This document shows positions 1 through 13,000 of a DNA stretch of 64,000 nucleotides, one piece after another. This stretch comes from Tubiluchus corallicola (taxonomy: Eukaryota > Animalia > Priapulida). Both the position numbers and the translations under genes were made by a program. Numbering within the stretch: the first letter of the stretch is position 1; every line of letters begins with the position of its first letter. The DNA is taken from assembly GCA_030141605.1 (NCBI GenBank), contig JAQGDQ010000526.1, positions 89,570 through 153,569 on the forward strand, given 5' to 3'. The notes under the pieces were generated by a model. That model was given only the letters and a program-made list of their open reading frames with translations, searched no databases and was not told the origin of the DNA.

Positions 1-7
1 TCCTCTT

Positions 8-400
<393 letters not shown>

Positions 401-443
401 AATCCGTGTATGCTCCCTTCTCCCTTTTCTCTCTCTTCTTCAG

Positions 444-3400
444 CTCAGGCAGCATTTAACTAAGCTATTAATCAAGATATACAAGTCAAGCTTCGAACTT
501 TTATATCACGATTCTGCAGCATTGAAGGTAGCTGACATCTATGTCCTGACAAACGTATTTAGTCAAAGGACAAGAAAAGAGATACATGAAGTAGGTTTCA
601 GAAAAATCACCTTAAAAATTATAATAATTTATAGCAATTTTAAGCATATATCGTGCTCGCATTGAAAGAAATTTTTGTTTGTCTTAATTTTAAATCTCCC
701 GCAATACTTGTTCCGAAGTCGCCATTACACGACGTCACACAGTTGTAAATCAGGGGAAGAAAAGGCAATGTTAAATTATGTCCCAAAAAACTTTCCATGC
801 AAATGTACATTACTTAGCATTTCGCTTACCTGCAAGAAAGACTTATGCAACTAGAAATAATTATTTAAAATGTTTTCCCATATTGGTAAAATGTCGCTGA
901 CTCACCCTCCTGGGTGCGCCACTTACTAACCAAAAACGTACTTTTAATATTTTTGACAAGCTACAGTAATTTAAAATTTTACTTAGTTAGTAACATGTGC
1001 GCTACAAACGCTCTGATTATTTTTTCAAAGTTTACACAATGTTTTCTAAACTTGTTTCAAATGACTTGTCGTTAAAATGGCCGCGTCTAATGGTCATCGA
1101 GGGAGGTTAAATTTACATGTTTTATACAGCGTGTCTGCCGATTGAAGCTCTGTATGTAAAAAGGTAGTATGTGAGTGATAGTATGAAACTGTATTTCTGT
1201 ATAACTCGGAGCTCTGGACATTAAAAGCAAATCATAAAGCTGAAATCGATGCGTTTCAAAGGCGAAATTACAGAAACGTTTTGGGTATTAGATGGCCAAA
1301 GAAAATTTCAAACAAAGATCTATATGAAAAAATAAAAGAACCTTGGACAAGAAAAATAAAAAGACATCGTTTAAGATGGATTGGGTATATGCTTAGACTA
1401 CCTGATGATGTTCCAGTGAAGATAGCTCTTCAACAAGCCATACAACCAGCTAAAAAACCTGCAGGAGGACAAATGTTAACATATTTAGATTTTGCAGAGA
1501 AAGAATTAAACACTTCAGCATTGATCCTTAGAAATAAATGCACTTGGGGCATTGCAGCGTGTAGGGAGTCCTGGCATAGGGAGGTGAGCAGAATCATGTC
1601 ACTGGACGTGTGATTCATTGAAGAATGCGAGTGATATAAAATTTCAAGACGTTTTTTAAGCTTTATGTTAATGTTGGGTTTTCTTGTTCTTTAAGATTCT
1701 ACCTGTAGCTCGTAAATGTCTACAAAATACCTTCTTTGTAGATAAAAGGTTACAGAAACGTGAATGACGTCAATACATTGGACAACCAATCAATATCGTC
1801 GGCAAATGTGTCTAAAATAGAAGGGACTATGCAGAAGCAGAAACCAGTTGGTGTTTTAGTAACTGAGTTAACAATTTCGAAGCAAAGAGTTCGAGAGGTA
1901 GGTGATGGTATGTTAATGCAAATGCCAGGCGTATCCTAATTCCTAAACGTGTGGCTTTCATAAGCTATACACTACATTTAGTTAAAATACATATAAACAA
2001 CTTAAGATCGAAATGGAAAGCCTAAATTCAACGAAAAGAGGTAACTAAATATAGCGAAATAGGCCTTAGTGGTTCACTAGCTACTAATTACTGACTACAA
2101 TGACCACTTTTATTGCTATAAGTGAACCACACTTACATACATTAAAAACATTACTCATCCTAGTGTAATAGACTAATGGAATACACGCACGCACGCACGT
2201 GTTTGCGTGCATGCGTCTGCGTCCTGCGTGCGTGCGACTGTGTGTACTCACCTAACACAGTATGAATGATTATTACGTAGAATTTGAATTATTTGCAGCT
2301 GGAAAAACGCCTCAAGGTCAAAGAAGAGCTTATACAGAACCTGCAATCTCAGGTGGGACAAAAAGAACAAGCTGTCACCTAGCTGTTATTCAGCAGTACA
2401 TTTACCCGTAGCATTCGTCACACACATGTAAAGATTCAGAAAATTACATGTCTTTGGCTTCTATTTGCCATTCGTTAGCAAGTCTCAAAAATTGTTTTAG
2501 CATATGTGCAGTGACTTTGGTATTTCACTAAAATTAAAAATTTCTTTGCCAGTTTGCCTCAATTCTGTAAGTGTGAGAGACAATTATTGACTACAATGAA
2601 ATGTAAGCAAACTTTAAAATAACAGTATGCTAGGAATTCTAAATTCGCCTACGGTTATCTCACTATCACCAGCACCAAATCCTGGCTCTTTCTCTAGAAA
2701 TAAGAGGTATAAGCTTTGCAGAAAACTATTTGCACACTAGATTAAGACCTTTCGTTTGTTACATAGATCACTGTGAATATAGTGAATGGTTATGTATATA
2801 GATATATATATATGTATATATATCCGGAATTAATACTATGTAGATATGCACTAAATAAGGATAAAGTCAGTTTTTAGAAGGTTTTTTTCTAAAAACGTAG
2901 TTTGTTATTGCTGCATTTGTAATCGGTGAAAAACACTTGAAAATGGTGTGGTACCATTTGTGAAAATATTACCTGCTACAAAAACGTGGTCATCACATTC
3001 GCTGAACTGAGAAACGTGGGTGTGAATACAACCTTGGTCACATTTAGGCAGCTTCTAACTCATTCACAGCGCAAAAACTACATTTTTTGGTACTGGTGGA
3101 CGTTTTTCATTTTAGGGATCTAAAATGTTTTCATAATCTTAGAAAGTTCACTATTGCTTTCTCTGACTTTCAACTAGTAAGCTCAACTACTCTCCAGTAA
3201 ACTGGCATATCTCTTACAGGTTTCTTTTAAGTCAAATACCTCATGTAATAGCACTGACAATAAAATAACCGTGCAGGTTTTATTTGGTTTTGAGACAATT
3301 TAAATTTTCTTGCGTAACTGAAACAGACGACTGGCACCGTTAAATCTAACATACTGTGTGTGCGTCAAGAAAACTATTATATTATAAAACCATAATAAGC

Positions 3401-4660
3401 TTTGATATAAATTATAATATGTATATAATCTTTATTTGTTTAAAGTGGATTAACAAAACAGTAGTACCTGAATCAAGTCTCTGCACAAATATTCCTGCGA
3501 ATCCAACGACATGTCAGGTCCCTAAGCACATAAGAGTTCTCGAGTCTTGCGTTTATATTTAATCCCCTAATACCCCTCCGCATTTTTATCACATTCTATG
3601 AATATTTATGAAGCAGAATAGTCGAAAAATGAAATTATATCACTGGCATATTTGTGAGTATGTGAAAGCTTGTAGTGGCCAGGACTCATTTTTCTTGAGT
3701 TTTTCAAAAGTTTTTCTTAAGAAATTCTGTACACGCACGTGCGTCAGTGCGTCCGCCTGCCGGCGCCAATGTAATTGAGCCATTACCGTTTATATAACAA
3801 ACATCGCATTGAATAATAAAAGCAGCATTAAAAAAGTCATGGTTTACTCAAGAAATAAGCCAAATATATAGGTAAGCAGCGAAGATGAAAGAACTCTCAC
3901 TATATATATATGGAAAATGGAACATAAAGATATATATATATATATATATATCTTTATTTGCCATAAAACAATGATAGTATACATTATATAATGTGAAATA
4001 TCATTCAGTGATTGCCTGGGCAACACTACTAATAGGCAAAGTTAGAACTACGAGTGCAATAGGGGTGCACAAAAACACAGGTAATAAAGTAAATAATGTT
4101 ATTAGCTACAGCAAAATACTTCTATCTAAAAAAACTGAAGCACACTTTGCAAATACAATCTCATATAAAACAATACATATCATGGACGTAATTAACACAC
4201 GTATGTTCACATAGACACAAAACCATCTCATGGTACAATTAAACATTTGAACATTCTTTTACTCTCGATCATTCGAACATTCGATTACTCTGTTATAACT
4301 GTTCTAGAGCTCGTCCTCTGAACATTGCACAAGTTATCTTAATGTAGAGATTCTAAATGTCACTTTGACGGTTTTATCCATTGTATTAATTAAATACTAA
4401 CAAAGGCCCCGCAAAACATTTTGCGTATAAATCCACTTATAATCAATAATGCGCGAACATCCTACATAGTGTTCGTTTATTTACCTAACTCAAAGCCAGC
4501 AGCAGCAGCTTTTACTGAATTAAAGTTATAAGGTTATAGACAGAGTATAATGGATGACGTCAGAACAATGGCTTTGCGTCAGCAGTTGTCCAAGCGAAAA
4601 TTGCTGAAAATGGAACATCTAATTAACTTGTCGCCACTCCTCTTGATTGACCTGCCCTAA
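444..4660 (+). CDS. Partial multi-exon gene of unknown function (possible coiled-coil protein); 5' part lies outside the window
   Basis: Three open phase-0 exons with AG/GT boundaries: 444-527 (LRQHLTKLLIKIYKSSFELLYHDSAALK), 1742-1897 (IKGYRNV...ELTISKQRVRE), 2299-2352 (LEKRLKVKEELIQNLQSQ, heptad-like). Possible further exons near 3220-3303 and 4544-4660 (SIMDDVRTMALRQQLSKRKLLKME...stop) are uncertain. No family motif recognised. Confidence 0.45.
560..1650 (+). mobile_element. Interspersed repeat (~600 bp), interrupted by a LINE fragment; second copy at ~52450-53050
   Basis: Colinear similarity with ~52450-53050, e.g. GAAGTAGGTTTCAGAA, AAGTCGCCATTACA, TTATGTCCCAAAAAACTTTCCATGCAAAT and the end AAATTTCAAGA. 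Confidence 0.8.
1181..1624 (+). mobile_element. 5'-truncated non-LTR retrotransposon fragment (RTE-like ORF2 C-terminus) with target-site duplication
   Basis: Open frame FLYNSELWTL...IDAFQRRNYRNVLGIRWPKKISNKDLY...IKRHRLRWIGYMLRLP matches the post-RT C-terminal signature of RTE-type LINEs. Flanked by ATG(T/C)GAGTGATA direct repeats (1169-1180, 1625-1636). Absent from the paralogous host repeat at ~53030. Confidence 0.85.
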
Positions 4661-4904
4661 AATATATCCTACATCATCGTATAGCCCTGTTCTTCTTCTT
4701 TCTAAAGAGCTATTTATCTCCTTCCGAGAGTCCCACCAGGCGCCGCTAGACAATAAACAGAAATCAATAGCAAAAAGTTTGCCTGGTGCTTTGGTTTTTA
4801 GAAAATCATGTGACTCTGCAATCTACGATCTGCCTTGTACAATCTTTCTGCTGGTAAGCTAGCAGCAGCAAACATAAGATTCTTGCTGGAGTCCACTGCC
4901 GACA

Positions 4905-5130
4905 CGTGTCTCATTCTATCAAGTCTGAAACTAATTTTATCAAGTTTTTATCAGTTTTTGCAGCCTCTACTTTTGTTCGAGTCGGTTTAATGTTAAAATT
5001 GTTTATTTGTGTTATCTTTATTAAAGTTGTCTCGATTTCCCGCCGAGACTGCCTACCGAGACCGAGACCTTTAAAAAAGCTATAATCTCGGCGAGTCGAG
5101 ACCGGTACTAGTCTCGTTGCAAACACCGGT
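4905..5130. mobile_element. Possible non-autonomous DNA transposon end with GAGAC/GTCTC subterminal repeats
   Basis: Cluster of CGAGAC/GTCTCG motifs ending in GTTGCAAACACCGG. The partner terminus was not clearly found. Confidence 0.35.
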
Positions 5131-5539
5131 GCTTACTATTAGCCCATGCTTGATTTTACAAATTTTTTTTGAAGATGACGTTTATTATTGTCACATTCTA
5201 TACAATATTAACTCGAAATACATGGCGATAAACTGTTAAAATAGTCACATTATACTATTATATTATGTTTCATACACTATAGTTACCATAAAAGAATAGC
5301 TACTGCAGTGGCCCGTGCTGAAATCAGATTTTACCTGTATCTTGAATGTGACCTTTCTATGCATTACTACATCATGCAATTGAAGCCAAGTAGATGAAAT
5401 TTTTGGCAGTAGAGTTCGCCCAGGTATTCTGCTCGAAGCTACCGAGTTGAGCGGATGTTTTCATGTCAAAATGATGCTCTAGTAGTTATAACTTTTGCCT
5501 TACAGTAAAACAAATCTGTCAATATGGTTGTGACATAAT

Positions 5540-5634
5540 TGATACTTACCTGCTGAGGGATGATACTCACCTACTAGTGATGATACTCACCTACTAGTGA
5601 TGATACTTGAAAGCCAGTGATGATACTTACCTAT
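5540..5634. repeat. Tandem 20-21 bp repeat x5 containing ATACT(T/C)ACCT
   Basis: Units TGATACT(T/C)ACCT(G/A)CT.. read directly; the fourth unit is degenerate. Confidence 0.85.
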
Positions 5635-6210
5635 TGTACCTGTTGCTGATTGTATTTACGTGGTGTCGATAACACATCTTCTGCTGATGGCGTTACTGCC
5701 GTTACAAAGTTATCTTGTGACAAGCACAGCAATGGAGGACGAACACAATGCAGTTTTGGCGCCGTGTGAGTTGACGGGAGGAAGTGATCGGAGTTTGTCG
5801 GGCTTTGGTGATGTCGTTTACGTGGTAGGAAGTAGGAGAGAGAGAGATGGTGTAGCCTGCCGTTTCGTAGTGCGTTATTTCATGAAGAAGCCCGATGTTG
5901 AAAAACCCGAAAGATGACGTTGGATAGAGATGGCGGACGAAGACAGGTGAAACTTACCTCGAGGAAAGATTGGTGATAAAAATTTTTTGTTAGTTTCTTT
6001 AACCCTGCTGACTAAATGTCTACTGTTAATTTTTACTTGATTGCCTAAACTTTGTCTGTTTGATTATAATGTGTTAGTGCTGATTAAATTCTTATTATTC
6101 CAATAGTTTTGCTTATCATATCAGACCAAGTGTTTTATTCTTTACCTAAGGGTTACACTTAAGTCACTGGCCACCCTTTTACAAAATCGAAAATTATACT
6201 ACATCGTCAC

Positions 6211-6372
6211 AATCATACAAATAATGAACATTAAGTATCATACAAAAAATGAACATTAAGCATCCTGCAAAGAATGAACATTAAGTATCATACAAAGAAT
6301 GAACATTAAGTATCATACAAATAATGAACGTTAAGTATCATACAAAAAATGAACATTAAGTATTATGCAAAT
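6211..6372. repeat. 25-bp minisatellite (ATCATACAAAnAATGAACATTAAGT) x~6
   Basis: Direct tandem units visible. Paralogous array at ~25810-25985. Confidence 0.9.
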
Positions 6373-7046
6373 TCACAATTTGCTATTACAAGTTATTGTG
6401 AAACATTGAAACAGATCATATTTTAAAACTTTAAACGACAACTGAGTACAGTATGAATCATCTGATATTATTAGGTTTTCTACCAAGAGTAATCTCATTA
6501 AATTTTGTTTTGTTATGCATAGAACAGCCTTTTGCACTATTTCCTCATATTGAGGTACGTCCTACGCAAATATTTTACAGTGTGTCAAAATCATTACTAA
6601 ATACGAGCAATTTCTAAACTAATAACAGCTATGTAAGATTACCACAGTGCTCAGGTAGAAGTGCTGGTTCAATGGAAAATGTTTAATTAGGAAAACTTTG
6701 CTACAGTAACCTTATAGTGTTCAATTACCAAATACAACTCTTACAAATGGAGCAAATTTTTGTAAACTTGAACAACATTATCAGCTAACCATTAACAAAT
6801 CCTCCTGCCCCACGTGCCACACCAAACGGAAGTGTAAATGTAAAGGTGATTATGATATGCGCAGGGCAATTTGTGGCGCTTTATTGTCAAATATAAGTGA
6901 TGAAATAACAATAACCATGAACTGCAAAGCATACAATAAAAATCTAAAAATACACTCAACAAACTTGGCTAATTAAACTAAGTCTAGTTAAGTGTTTACT
7001 CAGTAACAAGACAGGTGTCTGGTGCTGCCACTGACAATGATATACA

Positions 7047-10000
7047 TTATTTACGAACAACCTGATGCACCTTCTTTTGCTGTTCTGGTCTTACTTTAAT
7101 CGTTTTCGCTTTATTTCTGTCTCTCACTCCATTCAGCATGATAAACATAACTTCAATAAACTCAAATATCGTCAGAATAGAACAACCAAAACATAATCCA
7201 AGTGATCCTCCAAGTTCAGACACTAGAAAAAGGTGTTACAAAGATTATGCCTAGATGTTACAAAGGCCATTTTCTTGTACATTTTCTGACAAGAAAATGG
7301 GTTACTGTATTGGCATAATTGAGCCATTGCAGTTTTATATAACAAAAATCACTTTAAATAATAAAAGCAGCATGGTTTACTCCCCAAATAAGCCAATTAT
7401 ATGGGTAAGCAGCGAAGCTGAAAGAACTCTCTCAAAAAGGTGATAAACTCAAACCTGAGTCAATTATGCCTCTGGTTTGTGGCTGCTCATTGTTTCATAG
7501 TACAAGAACTAAGGAACCCTTTACTTAGATGCTTAATTACTTAAAATGTTTTAAGCAAGATTAGAAATGACAAATTGACAAATAGAAATGTGATATCTGA
7601 AAAAAAGAGACATCAAAATTCACAAAAGTTTACAAATAACCAACATTGGCAATCAAATGAAAATTAAAAGCAAAAGCTCAACAATTGGTTATGCTATTTG
7701 TAAGGAAATTAAGCAGGATACAGTTACATCAAAACAATGTGCAAACAAGTGTAATGGAAAACAAGCAAAACCACTCTTGCAATGCAGTGAAGAACAGCTT
7801 GCTCAATGCAACCAAGGCATCAGTGGCAAACTAACCCAAGACCTTCAACCCATTTTCAACTGCAGCTCAATGCTTCCCAAACAATAAAAACGTAGATATA
7901 TCATTATTTAATTATTTCTACTAACCATTGTCACACTTGTAAATAACAATGTATGTTGTAAATAACTTCTATTGTGCTTAGATTTACATACTGTCATGAA
8001 CCCATCCTGTATTAATTTTTTAAATATGAACTTGAACCATAGACTTTGATTACAAGTTCAGTGTCATGACCAGTAGATAATGTCTAACGATCATAACATA
8101 TTATAACTGTTAATCCAAAAATTCCTCCTTCAAAAACATGCTAAATCTCACATCTTTTTAATTGATAATTTTGATAGTAAGGTCGTAACTAATAATAATT
8201 AGCATGAGTAGGTGTATAAATTCATTATAGGCCCACTCAGCCAGCAAGACGATTATTTACACATACAGATACTACAAATAAACTCAACTATTACACAGAT
8301 TTTTTTATTCAACGGAGAAACATTTACAAAAACAGTACATGGGGCATATTCAAATTTATTTAAGAATTTAATGCAGTATGCCCATATGATAGTTTGTACG
8401 TATTTTCTGCATATAAATGGCACACATACAAGGTTACGTCAGAAGATCGGGCTATCTATTAAACATTCCAGGATATTAGCAGTTATAATACCTCTGACAA
8501 TTCCTTTTGCAGAGAAAGGGTGAATAAAGCAAGCAATTAATTCAATGATGAACAAATAATTATTCAAAACGATTTTATTACCGTATAAGCTGGTGATTCT
8601 TCAATAGATTGATAGGAAAGGTCCATGTAATAAACGTTAAGCTTCACAAAATTGTCCCTGAAAAATTACATAAATTCACAATATTTAAAAAACAATTGAA
8701 CAAGTAATTTGTAGTTCTTATTTTTCTAATCTGTTTAAATGTACACGTTTTTCTTTACATCAGTCATGTCAATAGTTTAGACTGCTATTTCTGAATGTAT
8801 GACACTCAATTTCTTTTTAATCATTTGGCTAAACATGATTAGTTATTACACAAGTCCTATTCACAATGCTTGAAAAGAACTTTCTCTGCCACAAGTTTAC
8901 ATCTCATTAATCCCATTTATAAAGCTCTATAAAAGGCTTTTCCGGTCAAATGCAGGCTTATATCGTAACTAGATTGAATAAATAATTATTAAAGTTAATA
9001 AATAAATATCTAAATAATCCTTAGATTCAATTTAAAAATTAAATTTTTCCGCTATATAAAGACATTTTGCCAAGAACAACAGGAAGATAAAAGAAAACAT
9101 GGGATAGTTGCGTGACAAAATGAAGTTCATTTGTTATGTTGTGAAATGAGAAAAAGATGGCATAGAGTGGTGACAAGCGTTCATTACCATCTGCTTGTAA
9201 GAGAGAAAGATGTTGACATAAGAAGATGATGATGCTACAAAAAGCATTTGTATGCATTGGTATGTAAAAAGCCAAATTATGGCAAATATAGCTACGCTTC
9301 TAAACGGCACAGCCCTATGTCACTCTCTGTCATATTTATGTTTACACAAACACTTATATCCCTGTCTATAAGCCTGTCCATTATTTCCTGCTAATACACA
9401 CAGAAAGTAAATGCCTACTTTTGCTGCGCTAATGCAGAACAAAAACGCGCAGTTATAGCTGACCTTAGTCTGTATTACAGCAGTTAAAATGCTAAAATTA
9501 GGACCCCGTGGTCCATATACAAAAAGTATATATATATATATACCTTGTAAACATAGCATATTCGATTAGCATTTCTTCTGTAACGTTTACAGCTGTAATG
9601 TTTCTCTCTAATGCAGCACAGACTGAAACAGAACGATGTAGTATTAAAACAAATTTATTTTGTAAATGATTTGCTCGGGAAATGTTAGTCATAATAAAAA
9701 TATGAAAATAACGACTACTTTTGACAGCAGCAGCATGCTCAATAACACAAGTTATGAAATCTAGACGCCGTATCATGAAATCAAGTTTTTATCGGCCTGA
9801 ATGCTTACACGTCCTGGACATAAAAAGTTACACAAAAAGAATTTCATAAAAAGGATCAAAATGAAGGCAGATATTTGTTTGATAATATCATTTGAAAGTC
9901 AAAAAATAACTAACTTATCTAACTTCTTATTATGGACAATGCATAAAAGATTTGTAATGTGATATTAATGCTGCATTTGACTTCCCATAACGTTGTGGTC

Positions 10001-13000
10001 TCAGCCACGATTTACCTAAAAATCACTCATTTACGTCTTAAACCAGTCAGTATTTCAAATAAAATTCGTTGCGATATTTTTCACAATGGTAAGGCATAAG
10101 TGGTAGGTATTCGCAATCCAAGACAAAAGTTTGTTTTATTCATACTGATACAAAGTCATTTTCTACGGCAAATTTAGTAAATACCTTTGACTGTCGTTAC
10201 AAGGAAGGCAACTTTTTTCATATCAAACTACAGTCGTTGTTGAAATATCTTTATTGATGAAAATTTTATACAAATCTTTTCAGGCAATGCCATGGCCACT
10301 CGAGATAAGGTATACAGTAGAAAAAGGAAAAGATTAGCACAGCTCTAGAAAAAATAAAATTTTTATAACTAATTTGCTGCACCATTTAGTGTAAATAGTT
10401 TGTGCGAAGCTAATTTTCCACACAGACTAATTTCGTTGCATTTTTCATTCCAATATGAAGTTCATTTTCAATGAAATTCACATGACAAGAACAATGTTTT
10501 GCTTTTCAATCAGAATCTTCTTCAGCGGACTAAACCTCAAAGCTAGAAGTTTCTTGTCATTCAACTCTCCAAGGTATTTTGCTATGATTTTCTGCACCAC
10601 GAGGTACAATTGTGTTGTATTCCATTTACCGTCCACATCCAGCACCAGGTCAGTGCACATCATTGTCCCGTCCACATCCAGCACCACGTCAGTGCACATC
10701 ATTGTCCTGTCCACATCCAGCACCAGGTCAGTGCACATCATTGTCCCGTCCACATCCAGCACCACGTCAGTGCACATCATTGTCCTGTCCACATCCAGCA
10801 CCAGGTCAGTGCACATCATTGTCCCGTCCACATCCAGCACCACGTCAGTGCACATCATTGTCCCGTCCACATCCAGCACCAGGTCTATGCACATCATTGT
10901 CCTGTCCACATCCAGCACCACGTCAGTGCACATCATTGTCCCGTCCACATCCAGCACCACGTCAGTGCACATCATTGTCCCGTCCACATCCAGCACCAGG
11001 TCAGTGCACATCATTGTCCTGTCCACATCCAGCACCAGGTCAGTGCACATCATTGTCCCGTCCACATCCAGCACCAGGTCAGTGCACATCATTGTCCCGT
11101 CCACATCCAGCACCAGGTCAGTGCACATCATTGTCCTGTCCACATCCAGCACCAGGTCAGTGCACATCATTGTCCTGTCCACATCCAGCACCAGGTCAGT
11201 GCACATCATTGTCCTGTCCACATCCAGCACCAGGTCAGTGCACATCATTGTCCTGTCCACATCCAGCACCAGGTCAGTGCACATCATTGTCCCGTCCACA
11301 TCCAGCACCAGGTCAGTGCACATCATTGTCCCGTCCACATCCAGCACCAGGTCAGTGCACATCATTGTCCTGTCCACATCCAGCACCAGGTCAGTGCACA
11401 TCATCGTCTTTCTAGCAAAACTCATGCCGTGTTTTTCTCACTGACCATTTACTGCACGTGCAGAATCCGTAGCCAGGTTTAGGAGTAAGCTCTTTCCTTA
11501 CTACATTAGTTTACCCAACCAGGGGGGCAACCACTCATTTTTTTCAAAACCCTCAAAGAGGCATTCAACACTTGGAAGAGTACGTGGCTTGAAGTTCCTC
11601 ACTGCAATTATGCGGTTCCTCACTGCAGTTCCGCACAGTGTCGATTCCGTAATTTCACCATCACATGTTCAAGAAATGTACTGCTCATCGCAACACAAAA
11701 CTATTTGCGAAAAACAGACAAATTAAATACCGGAAATAAGACACGAAATGTGCACTTTAAAATTAGTCTGTATGAGGCTATTTTTCCCCACAAACTAACA
11801 ACACTAAACAGCGATAAAAATAGGACAGCTGTGTAGAAGAACAGTTTTTGGTATCATTCGTGCTACATAAAACCCTGTAGTACGCAAAGATAGATCATTT
11901 TTTATAATTAATAAGATTGCCGTAGCTCTTATACCGCACTATAAGTAAATTACATCTACATGAAAACAAATAAGTTATTCTCAAGTGAAGTAGTGGAAAA
12001 TAGAGAATTAGGTAGACGGAGAAACTTAGAAAATGATGTCTTTTCTCGAACGCAGCTGTCTACATTTGGCGACGATTGCTAATATTGGGACAAGTACAAG
12101 AGCATCTGAAACCATAATTACAAGAACATATATATATATATATGTATATATGTATATATATACTGTATTTAAACCCTTTTATAGGTATTTTATATACCAC
12201 TCTTGGTAAACACTAAATGTCTAAAGATGAAAACTGTTTGCAAGCAGCAGCACTATGATATTTTTATAACAAATCTCGTTTTGAAAAGCTGAAAAGTTTT
12301 ACTGCTATCAATTGGAAGCCCTGGTCCAGCTATGTTTATTAGAACCATGAATTCTTCACTCATACATGCACGTCTGAACATGGTTTTGAGAAAATTGTCG
12401 TAGAAATAATGATAAAAATTTTACAAAAACACAAAATACATCTTTATTTTAGTAAAATGTAACTAGCGAAAATTGATTGCGATATTTGAAGATTCAGACA
12501 GTTTGACATTGCCTAAAAATTACATAAAAGTTGTATGAAAGGGCAAATGGGTTATCTATTCTCTCAAAGACTAGAGACATTTATGTTTAACTCCAGGCCT
12601 TGTGTTTGCCTAATTTAATGTCAAATAACAAACATAACAATTCATAGTTTCTCGAGGTATTCGGTCGAGAAATTCGGTTTTTCTCTCAAAACTATTCTAG
12701 CTTCATGGCAATAAAACAGAAAATATAAAGCAAATATAAAGCCAGTTAATTCACCTACTGTATAAGCAGGAGCTGGCCAATATGATGACATCTGCACAGA
12801 ATTATATTTGTATTCTCTGAAAAAAACAGCATTGTTAATCAAAGTTTTGCAGATTAAGTGGCACAGTTTTCCACCATTATTAAGTTATTAAAATTTCTGG
12901 TTTATCATACTTCACAAATTCTTTCCATGTTTTTTTAACTAATGAAACCGATTTAGAAACTCATGCAGCAGTCTGATTGTGCTATCATATTAAGGAAGCA

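Noticed and set aside
7657-7887. Similar Cys-containing plus-strand ORFs in both duplicates (also 27298-27522)
   Set aside because: Similarity is explained by the intron duplication; starts, ends and frames differ between the copies.
10629-11407. CRISPR-like array
   Set aside because: Units are contiguous with no unique spacers, there are no cas genes, and the context is a eukaryotic intron.
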